64,000 nucleotides of DNA from a phage: NCBI GenBank assembly GCA_012646185.1, contig GCA_012646185.1_4706.1. One strand, given 5' to 3'. This document shows, in pieces, positions 51,485 through 59,250 of this stretch. Within the stretch, counting starts at the first letter, position 1. Every line of letters begins with the position of its first letter. A model generated the notes under the pieces. That model was not told the DNA's origin and did not search any database. It saw only the letters and a program-made list of their open reading frames with translations. The translations under genes and the position numbers were made by a program.

Positions 51485-51545
51485 TCACTAAGGTAATGTA
51501 GTCGTGAAATAAACTGCGTTAACACGAAATAAAAACAGCATAGAA
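51485..51545 (-). promoter_or_regulatory. conserved intergenic element, copy C (promoter or 5' leader candidate)
   Basis: TCACTAAGGTAATGTAGTCGTGAAATAAACTG...ACAGCATAGAA; a 1-nt indel relative to copy A breaks any shared reading frame. Confidence 0.45.
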
Positions 51546-51585
51546 CCCTCCTCCCACATCCTTCAAGAGGACGGTGGGAAGAGGG
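51546..51585. terminator. long GC-rich hairpin
   Basis: CCCTCCTCCCAC...GTGGGAAGAGGG, 11 of 12 pairs, plus an inner stem. Confidence 0.55.
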
Positions 51586-51590
51586 AGAGA

Positions 51591-51992
51591 TTAAATGTCG
51601 TGGACGGCAATGCCGTTTAACCAGCAATACAGCTTAACGCGACAGGAATACCGCTTCGTTGCGGCAACCATTTCATCGCGTAAACGCTGGTAGATTTCAT
51701 CCTGGTGTTCACGATCAATGGGGTAATCAGCCCAACATTCGATCATGACGTCACCATTCGTCAGAATCGTCGTACGCATCCTGTCCTGGATACGGCGGTC
51801 TTTCCCGGCATTAGGGAAATACATTCCTTCAGTACGAATAAGGTCGCCGCAGGGCATGACTAACCATTCGTTCGTTTTGCCGGTATTCTTATAATCCATT
51901 ACGGCTTGCATTGCGGTGTCAACGCTAAAAGAAACATAATTCCAAACGGATGTCCAACGATAGATTGCGGGTTGTTCGAGTGTTTCGTTCAT
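51591..51992 (-). CDS. hypothetical protein (133 aa)
   Basis: ORF. Confidence 0.7.
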   Translation of the reverse strand: MNETLEQPAIYRWTSVWNYVSFSVDTAMQAVMDYKNTGKTNEWLVMPCGDLIRTEGMYFPNAGKDRRIQDRMRTTILTNGDVMIECWADYPIDREHQDEIYQRLRDEMVAATKRYSCRVKLYCWLNGIAVHDI

Positions 51993-52046
51993 GGAGTGCT
52001 TGTCCTATTTTTATTTTCTGCACAGGATAAATTCAACGGCATAAAG

Positions 52047-52076
52047 CCCTTCCCTGCCCTTATATGGGGCGGGAAG
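52047..52076. terminator. hairpin
   Basis: CCTTCCC...GGGAAG with inner GCCC/GGGC. Confidence 0.45.
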
Positions 52077-52206
52077 AGTTTATGACCGCAATGAGAATCT
52101 CTCACGACAAGCTCACGACGATTATCGCATCACCCCGCGAGTGAGGGAGATCAGGATCACCTCCTACGTCGTAACGACAGTAATCCCGTTAACGTCGCTT
52201 TAGACG

Positions 52207-52833
52207 TTATGCAAAGCGACGCATGTAACCTGCCAGATAGTTACGCGTATCGAAGTAAGCAATTTCAGGAATTGCGATATTAAGGTCGATAGCACGGATT
52301 TCAACTTGGCGACGGCTTTCATCATAGATCGCATCCATCAGACGCAGTACTGTCAGGAAAGCCATGCGGGTATGGTAGTCCAGCGGCATGTTATCGATAC
52401 CGCGATACAGATAACGGTTTGCGTTAAATGCCCCTTCGCTGTTATCTTTCCAGATCTTCAGAATATCAGCAAAGGCGGCGCGGAAAACTTCAGGATTATC
52501 CACATCCAGTAACGCACGGAAAGCAGACATTAAAGACCGCTGATGACGGATCAACGACTGCGGCGTTTGCGGCATGGTCGGACCCATTTCTTCCGCATAT
52601 TTCTGGAACGGAGCAACCAGGGTTGCGGCACGAGAAGCCACGATAGAAACAGCAGGCGATTCTTTCACCGCCGGTTTCGCAGGCTTTTCTTCAACAACGG
52701 TTTCCTTCTTCTCAACAGCGACCGTTTCCGGCTGTGCTACAACATCACCAACCGGAGCATCTGCAACGGTGGTTTCTACCGCAGTAATCTCCTCGTCCAT
52801 TTTTGCAGAACGTTGGTCTTTATTCTTGCTCAT
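52207..52833 (-). CDS. hypothetical protein (208 aa) with Ala/Val/Glu/Pro-rich N-terminus
   Basis: AAGGA 8 nt upstream. Confidence 0.7.
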   Translation of the reverse strand: MSKNKDQRSAKMDEEITAVETTVADAPVGDVVAQPETVAVEKKETVVEEKPAKPAVKESPAVSIVASRAATLVAPFQKYAEEMGPTMPQTPQSLIRHQRSLMSAFRALLDVDNPEVFRAAFADILKIWKDNSEGAFNANRYLYRGIDNMPLDYHTRMAFLTVLRLMDAIYDESRRQVEIRAIDLNIAIPEIAYFDTRNYLAGYMRRFA

Positions 52834-52858
52834 GTTTATTTCCTTTCATTTAACAAGG

Positions 52859-54160
52859 TTAACTAATGTAAAGTTCAGGATCGTAAGGCGCTAACGATAC
52901 ACTGGCGTTATGCATTGCTTTCATCATAGTGTTCATGAAAACGTTGTTTACGCCGGTGATCTCCGCCCCGATCGCGTCTGGGGTTGGAGCCATCGCGTTA
53001 CCGCAACAGGTAGCACAGTATTCCAATGGGCCTGCTTTACAACGTTGAGGATCACGTAACTTGATGGTTTGTCCTTCCAAGGAAGCAAGTAATTCAGCAT
53101 CAATAAGTTTAAGCGCCGCACCGTCGATCATGTAACGGCCGACAAGCAGCTTATCTTTGATGTGGTCGCGGTTTACCGTGAACAGAATATGTTCTTGGGT
53201 ACCGCAGTCGTCCATCGTGATTTTAAGGTTCTGTGTTGCACGCTGTGATTCTTTCGCCGTCTGTCCCGCTAAAGCGGTCAGTGCGCCACGTGAGAACGAA
53301 CCGGCACGTGCACTGTTGTTGTACTCCGCCCAATGGTCGACACGCATCCCTTCAGCCAGGCTGTGTGTGATAACGTTACGTTTACCAGGGTCAACGAAGT
53401 CGGCTTCAACCCCCATCATGATGTGCGTTTTCTTTCGAGTATTACCGAAACTCTTGCCAGGGTTAATATAGAACCCTTCCGATTCATCACCCTTAAAGGA
53501 TTCCTTATCCATTTTGGTTAGCGTGGCTTCGAGTTTAATCAGTTCTTCAGGCGTGAACTTACCTTCCTCTTGTAAGCGTGCTAACTCTTTATCGCGATAG
53601 GCAATAATATCATCATCGACCGTTAACGCTTTATCACTCATTGATGGAACAATTAAACGGTTGATGGCGGTTAATGCGCTGATATTGTTGGTGAATTTCT
53701 TCACTTCGCTTGCGTACAACGGACCAATTGGACGTTCGTTAGGATCAGGTATTCCCTCTTCAGGATCGTCAGCGACGCGTGGCGCAATCAGTGACTCCAG
53801 TGTACCGCTGGTCAACCGTCCTGCCTGATATTCAATCTGAATACCGAAAGCATCATAAAGGACGTACATATTGAACAACGCTTCACCGAAGGTTGTGGTG
53901 GTCGTATTCTTAACCGACGGTAGATCACCAGGTGCGAGCTCCAATGGCTCCCAGAAACTCAACAAGGGTTTTGTTGGCTCGGTTTCCCATTGATGTTCCT
54001 CACCGTCGATGGTAACCGTAACGACGTTACCTTGACGATGTAATTTGGGCTGATACTTCTCAGCACCACCTTCCGTAAAAGCAAACGCGTCGTTAATCCA
54101 TTCAAGGTAACGGTAGTGCCCTTCACGCATCGCGTAAAGGAAATATTCACGAGGTGTCAT
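52859..54160 (-). CDS. hypothetical protein (433 aa) with C-terminal Cys cluster
   Basis: AAAGGAG 7 nt upstream; C-terminal CKAGPLEYCATCCG; no RNAP or DNA polymerase motif found. Confidence 0.75.
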   Translation of the reverse strand: MTPREYFLYAMREGHYRYLEWINDAFAFTEGGAEKYQPKLHRQGNVVTVTIDGEEHQWETEPTKPLLSFWEPLELAPGDLPSVKNTTTTTFGEALFNMYVLYDAFGIQIEYQAGRLTSGTLESLIAPRVADDPEEGIPDPNERPIGPLYASEVKKFTNNISALTAINRLIVPSMSDKALTVDDDIIAYRDKELARLQEEGKFTPEELIKLEATLTKMDKESFKGDESEGFYINPGKSFGNTRKKTHIMMGVEADFVDPGKRNVITHSLAEGMRVDHWAEYNNSARAGSFSRGALTALAGQTAKESQRATQNLKITMDDCGTQEHILFTVNRDHIKDKLLVGRYMIDGAALKLIDAELLASLEGQTIKLRDPQRCKAGPLEYCATCCGNAMAPTPDAIGAEITGVNNVFMNTMMKAMHNASVSLAPYDPELYIS

Positions 54161-54173
54161 GTAACAACTCCTT

Positions 54174-55046
54174 TTAAACCCGGGTCAGGTCACCGTGATA
54201 TGAAACGAACTCTGATAACGCTCGGGTTGCTTCTTTGGATTCTTCAACCATCGGGAAGTTTGCGGTAATAAGTTCTCGTAAGACAGGGACGAGTTCATTA
54301 TCTTCGAGATCGGAAGCTAAGGCGAATGCAATCAGTTCTTGGGTGTATGCATACGGTTGCTGACGTAATGCAGTAAGCTGATCCCGACACTGCGACATTA
54401 GCAGGTCCAGTGGAACCGCTATCGTACCCCCTTCATCAATATACTGGCTGAACACCGGTGGGAACGCATCGCTGATGACACGAATACGTCGACGAATATG
54501 ATCCGGAATCTGGACGTTTTCTTCGTCGGTGATATTTTCGCTGTCTTTCTCCAGCTTCTTGGTCAGTACCTGTTGGATGCGTGGGAGCAAGCTTGAATGC
54601 ACGAAACCGATTAATGGGGTTACGTTAACAGCATCAACGCCGTAAATATGATGCACGCATTCCGCCAGCGCTTCAGCTGTGGTGTAGTCTTCATCTTCAA
54701 CGATAGCGAGTAGAAAAGCGGTATCGTCATGTGTTTCCAGGTCTAATAACGTAGACGCCAGTGCATGAAGATATTTCAGGCTATCCAGAGTTAGCTGTCC
54801 TTCGTTAATTCGGATCCCGAAGGCAAGCAATTGTTGTTTATAAAGTTCGATACATCCGTTTGTTAAAATGATATCTAATTCGTTTAAATCGTATTGTTCC
54901 CCAGCACCTGATAACATCGTACTGCAGAACGTTTCCAGTTGTTCACATTTAAAATCTTGGTATAAACGATGCATGCAGTGCTGTAACAGCGTACGCCTTG
55001 TTTCAGGGATCTTACCTTCTAACAAAGCCAAGACGGAATCAATCAT
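54174..55046 (-). CDS. hypothetical protein (about 290 aa)
   Basis: Start placed at ATG 55044-55046 (GGAG 5 nt upstream) rather than GTG 55052. Confidence 0.7.
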   Translation of the reverse strand: MIDSVLALLEGKIPETRRTLLQHCMHRLYQDFKCEQLETFCSTMLSGAGEQYDLNELDIILTNGCIELYKQQLLAFGIRINEGQLTLDSLKYLHALASTLLDLETHDDTAFLLAIVEDEDYTTAEALAECVHHIYGVDAVNVTPLIGFVHSSLLPRIQQVLTKKLEKDSENITDEENVQIPDHIRRRIRVISDAFPPVFSQYIDEGGTIAVPLDLLMSQCRDQLTALRQQPYAYTQELIAFALASDLEDNELVPVLRELITANFPMVEESKEATRALSEFVSYHGDLTRV

Positions 55047-55142
55047 ATCCACTCCGATGCGGTAAATGTCTACTAGCTCTCATAATCTATTGAAGAAACT
55101 ACCAGCTTACGCCAACTTAGATTAATCAGGAGTAACCATCCC

Positions 55143-55616
55143 ATGCCAGTTTCATCCAAACCAAGAAAAAAATCCGTAGGAAACCCTAAAGCTCAGGAAA
55201 CAACAGCAATTCGTTGGGACGAGTTACGTGAACCTATCGAAAACTGCGAATTGTTATTAGGTACCCTGGGTGCAGCTATTTACCAAGCGACGCAACCCTG
55301 TCGTTTACGATTAACCCAAAACAAACGTGATGAGTTCGTTGCGTTATCAACAAGCACGAATAAAGATCTGACCGAACTTCAAACCGAGTTGACGACGATC
55401 AAGAACTCCATTACGCCGATGTACGGTAAAGAAGTTGATGAACAAAGTATTCTGTTACAGTACAACTACGGGATGTCGTTAATGAACATCCTGGAACGCG
55501 CATCCGATATTCTGCGTCCTGACGTTGCACGCCTAAGCCAACTGCGTGTCGAAGGGATGGAGAACCAGATCCGATTCGCTAACAGTGTTAAATCTCAAGG
55601 AGCCACCGAAGCATGA
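55143..55616 (+). CDS. hypothetical protein (157 aa)
   Basis: ORF after the divergent spacer; ATGA overlap with the next gene. Confidence 0.65.
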   Translation: MPVSSKPRKKSVGNPKAQETTAIRWDELREPIENCELLLGTLGAAIYQATQPCRLRLTQNKRDEFVALSTSTNKDLTELQTELTTIKNSITPMYGKEVDEQSILLQYNYGMSLMNILERASDILRPDVARLSQLRVEGMENQIRFANSVKSQGATEA

Positions 55617-57277
55617 GCGAACAAGAAAAAGAAGTCGTGACGAATCAGGAAGCCACCGAACGTTCAGAGTCGTCCGTTGAAACTACGATTCCGGCAAGTT
55701 CCGAGCCGGTTGGTTCCGCACAGCAGGAAAGTAAAGACGAAGTAGTGGCTCCAGAAGCAACCCGTGAAGAAGAACCATCACATCCACCGCTGGTCGATTT
55801 CTCGAAGGCAACGATACGTTTCCAATGCGAAGACATTCGTCCTAAGAGCCCGAAGAAAACAAAACGCCAGCCGTTGGTGTTACCGTTATATTCTCCGCGT
55901 GTACAGACAACGTATTACCGGGAATACATCAACGAAGCGATGGATACCGTACAAGCCATTGTCGCTCAACGCGGTAAACCGACAGACGAACAGTTTGATA
56001 AATTCAGTAAAGCGGTGGTGCAATCGGTTGCTGATGGACAATACCATCCGCGCGGCCCAGCTCACGATCGCGCGTTGGAACGTAAGGGCAGTCAGTGGAC
56101 TAACGTACCCGTAGACTCATCGGGTGTTGGTCGCGTTATTCCTGGCATCCCGCAACCGAACCATATTCCTGATGATGTCGAAGCGCCGCTGACAGGAACC
56201 GATGCGATCTATTTTGCTATCCGTAATACGAAATCAGGTGCGCCTGCGGTAATGCCGTTATGGCATAGCGGTATTAAGCTGCAGTTCAATCCGCCGTCAA
56301 ATGAACGTGTTGCAATTATGCACGAACGTATTGCCCGCGATAAAATCCTGGGTGGACGTGATAGCACCGGTTTCCTGTTTTCGGCAACCTCGATTATCAC
56401 CATGAAGCACGCAATCGAATTAGCGTTAGAATGCTGTTACATGGCCAACGTACCGAACCTGGATATCCAGCGTTTGAAAGACATTATCCCGGTTACCGAT
56501 GTTCCAGCGTTATTACTGAACGTGTTGGTAACCATGTACCCGTACGGATATCCTTACGTACAGACCTGCTATCAGAATCCAGAAACCTGCGACTATCGTG
56601 TTGAAGATACCGTAAGCTTTGCGAAACTCTATCAAGTTGACAACAGCGCGATAACCAAACGTATGCGACAGATCATGACCGAAGGTCCGGTCATGACCGA
56701 TGAACTTTTGCGTGAGTATGCAAACGAACTGGGTGAAACAAACTCCCGTACGCTGGATCTGTCCGACAACGGTTCTGTTATCATTGAACTTGAAGTACCG
56801 AAGATTTCACGACAAATTGCCATGGGCGAACGCTGGTTAAGCGATACGCTGGAAGATCTGCGTGATATTCTATCGCGTCCGTCAATGACCGAAGAAGAGC
56901 GCGATCGTGTTATTCGTGAACGTCAGTTCTATAGCTGGATGCGTCAGTATGATGCATGGATCAAATCGATGCATGTGTCAGTAAACGGCACCATGCGTCG
57001 TGTAAGCGATGCGGATACAGCAACGGTATTAGCGCAGCTGTCTCGTGATAGCGATCTTCGTGAACGCTATATCGATGGGTTGATGCAATTCATCGGTGAT
57101 TCGACGATTGCGCTCGCAGCGATGCCTGCCTGGAAATGTCCGAAATGTAATGCCGATATTGCTGACAATCTACGTGACCAGAAATACTACGATCTGATTG
57201 CTTTGGATGTACCCCAGCTTTTTTTTACCCTAAACTCCGTCCAATCTCTTCAGGAGGGGATGGACGCGGTATTCTAA
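55613..57277 (+). CDS. hypothetical protein (554 aa) with C-terminal CPKC zinc-ribbon-like motif
   Basis: Long ORF; T8 run at 57219..57226 near the 3' end; the -1 frame is open from there to 57699. Confidence 0.75.
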   Translation: MSEQEKEVVTNQEATERSESSVETTIPASSEPVGSAQQESKDEVVAPEATREEEPSHPPLVDFSKATIRFQCEDIRPKSPKKTKRQPLVLPLYSPRVQTTYYREYINEAMDTVQAIVAQRGKPTDEQFDKFSKAVVQSVADGQYHPRGPAHDRALERKGSQWTNVPVDSSGVGRVIPGIPQPNHIPDDVEAPLTGTDAIYFAIRNTKSGAPAVMPLWHSGIKLQFNPPSNERVAIMHERIARDKILGGRDSTGFLFSATSIITMKHAIELALECCYMANVPNLDIQRLKDIIPVTDVPALLLNVLVTMYPYGYPYVQTCYQNPETCDYRVEDTVSFAKLYQVDNSAITKRMRQIMTEGPVMTDELLREYANELGETNSRTLDLSDNGSVIIELEVPKISRQIAMGERWLSDTLEDLRDILSRPSMTEEERDRVIRERQFYSWMRQYDAWIKSMHVSVNGTMRRVSDADTATVLAQLSRDSDLRERYIDGLMQFIGDSTIALAAMPAWKCPKCNADIADNLRDQKYYDLIALDVPQLFFTLNSVQSLQEGMDAVF

Positions 57278-57369
57278 TCGATCCGCGATACGGGTTACAT
57301 GACGGACAACTTGTTCGTAATGATGAAAAAATCTGGGAATTGCTGTTAGCGCGTAAAGGCGACGGCGGC

Positions 57370-57699
57370 ATGAAACTGAACATCGAAATGGGTATTGCGT
57401 ACGATACCATGTTTGGCTTGTACGATCGTGTTAACGACTGGACGCCGTTGAAATGGGTGGCTCAGCATCCCGCTGAAGATCCCTGGGACAGATTAGGAAT
57501 TAAACCCTTAATCGAGGATTATGTCCGATTCGGTATTAAAGAGTTCATGACGCTGGATGCGTTTTTAAAAGCACCGTATCCTTACGCGCAAACGGTACTC
57601 AAAATCGCACAAGACGAACTGCGGAAACGTAGTGCGGTACTGGACGACGATGAGGACAAGTTACGACGAGAAGAAGAACGTTTACGAAACGGAAAATAA
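57370..57699 (+). CDS. hypothetical protein (109 aa) or frameshift extension of 55613..57277
   Basis: First ATG at 57370; the frame is open upstream to 57178 and overlaps the upstream gene. Confidence 0.5.
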   Translation: MKLNIEMGIAYDTMFGLYDRVNDWTPLKWVAQHPAEDPWDRLGIKPLIEDYVRFGIKEFMTLDAFLKAPYPYAQTVLKIAQDELRKRSAVLDDDEDKLRREEERLRNGK

Positions 57700-57700
57700 A

Positions 57701-58210
57701 ATGGCGAGATTTACCAGTTTGATTGGGTTGGATATTTGGGAAACACCGGCTGACGTTCGGGTTATTCCTGTCAACACCGTCGGTGTGATGGGACGTGGTC
57801 TTGCCAAACAGGCAGCTGATCGTGTGCCCGGTCTTCTTGAAGCGTACCGTAAGCAATGTCAAGATGGGTTTAAGGTGGGCGAAGTCGTATCGTATCAGCA
57901 AGGCGAGAACGATCAGCTCACTTACGTGTTGTTTCCATCAAAATCGGATTGGCGTGAAAGAACACGACGCGAGTATATCGTTAACGGTTTACTGGCGTTA
58001 AAAGCATGGTTACTGGAGCTTCAGTTCGAAAGAGACGGCTTCTCATACCACCGTCCGGCTGAACCGCTGATCGTTGCAATTCCTCCGGTCGGTTCTGGTT
58101 GCGGTAATATCGGTTACGGACAATCCGAAACAATCCAGCCTCAATGGGTACGCACACAAATCAAACAGTATCTTGCCACCGTACCAAACGTTCATTTCTA
58201 CTTGTTCTAA
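57701..58210 (+). CDS. macrodomain (ADP-ribose-processing) protein
   Basis: Motifs VIPVNTVGVMGRGLAKQAA and IVAIPPVGSGCGNIGYG fit the macro fold signature; start at ATG 57701 directly after the upstream stop. Confidence 0.55.
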   Translation: MARFTSLIGLDIWETPADVRVIPVNTVGVMGRGLAKQAADRVPGLLEAYRKQCQDGFKVGEVVSYQQGENDQLTYVLFPSKSDWRERTRREYIVNGLLALKAWLLELQFERDGFSYHRPAEPLIVAIPPVGSGCGNIGYGQSETIQPQWVRTQIKQYLATVPNVHFYLF

Positions 58211-58226
58211 TGCAAAGGTAACATAA

Positions 58227-58258
58227 CCCTCCTCCAACCCGTAAGGGAAGGAGGAGGG
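58227..58258. terminator. bidirectional hairpin between convergent gene blocks
   Basis: CCCTCCTCC-AA-CCC-GTAA-GGG-AA-GGAGGAGGG, identical to the 11204 copy. Confidence 0.65.
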
Positions 58259-58275
58259 CTTATGCTGTTATGCTA

Positions 58276-58650
58276 TTAATGTTCGTTCCAGATGGCATCT
58301 TCCGGTGGAACAATAGGATCTTTCTTCGGCATTGATGGCACTTCATGGCGATGCTTACGAAACTGCCTATCGATAACCTCACGAAGCCGGTACGCGTCAA
58401 CCCATGTTGATTTATTGAACAGCTCCAATGTCACAGTTAATCGTGTTCTTGACATTGAATAGCTTTTCTTCGCAATCAAATTGGGATAATTCAGTTGAGC
58501 GAACCACGCACGTATTTGTGCTTCGGTAAAAGCGATGCTGTAATAACTAAGTTTACCGTCATTAAAATCGTGCGCGTGGGTGTAGCGTCCAGCGTAACGC
58601 CAGACAAGATGCACATTCAGATCGATCCATGGTGGGGTGGTATCAGCCAT
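58276..58650 (-). CDS. hypothetical protein (124 aa)
   Basis: GAGGG 7 nt upstream. Confidence 0.65.
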   Translation of the reverse strand: MADTTPPWIDLNVHLVWRYAGRYTHAHDFNDGKLSYYSIAFTEAQIRAWFAQLNYPNLIAKKSYSMSRTRLTVTLELFNKSTWVDAYRLREVIDRQFRKHRHEVPSMPKKDPIVPPEDAIWNEH

Positions 58651-58659
58651 GTGTTACCC

Positions 58660-59229
58660 TCAACGATTCTTCATCACTTTACCCAGGCTTTCGATATTAT
58701 CCCAAAAGCGATTTTTACTTGGCGCATCGCCGACGATAACCGACATCAAATCACGACGTTCACGACTGATGATGCCTTGTGATTTCCAGATCACCATCGT
58801 CCAGCAAGCTGCCAAAACGAACAGATGGTTAATGCTCGGTTTGGTTTGCGCGACGAACGCAAGCCATGCCCAGATACCGGTGTATACTAGCGTCACTAAA
58901 AAGAGCGAGATTGTTGCAACGACAACAACGAAGTTTTGGACAGCGGGTTGATTAGCCTTATCATGAATAGCGGTAAGATCAGGAAGATTACCTTCAACTG
59001 AACTCGTTTCATCGATTTCCAATTCTTCGATTTCTTTTCGTGTGTCAGGAGCTAATCCAGCATCATCGAGATAGTTTTTTAACCGCTGTATGCTTAATCG
59101 TTGACCGACAGGAATGTTGATGTTGTCGTAACTATTAAGCGCATCAACCAGGGAGCGCCCGTCAACGAGAACCAAGCTCGCAGTACCCATTGTCTGCGGT
59201 TTTATTTTGTAAAGGTCTTTTACTTTCAT
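58660..59229 (-). CDS. predicted membrane protein (189 aa)
   Basis: Two hydrophobic segments (VVVVATISLFLVTLVYTGIWAWLAFV, LFVLAACWTMVIW); lies in the tail-fibre region. Confidence 0.65.
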   Translation of the reverse strand: MKVKDLYKIKPQTMGTASLVLVDGRSLVDALNSYDNINIPVGQRLSIQRLKNYLDDAGLAPDTRKEIEELEIDETSSVEGNLPDLTAIHDKANQPAVQNFVVVVATISLFLVTLVYTGIWAWLAFVAQTKPSINHLFVLAACWTMVIWKSQGIISRERRDLMSVIVGDAPSKNRFWDNIESLGKVMKNR

Positions 59230-59250
59230 CTAGACACCACCTCCAACGTG

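Noticed and set aside
52154-52166. GGATCACCTCCTA, resembling the 3' tail of 16S rRNA
   Set aside because: Single occurrence with no start codon at a useful distance on either strand; most likely chance
52859-54160. Possible RNA polymerase or DNA polymerase catalytic subunits among the large ORFs (also 2925..4721, 9567..11177, 55613..57277)
   Set aside because: None of the diagnostic motifs (NADFDGD, polymerase motifs A/B/C, Walker A) was found by eye; left as hypothetical
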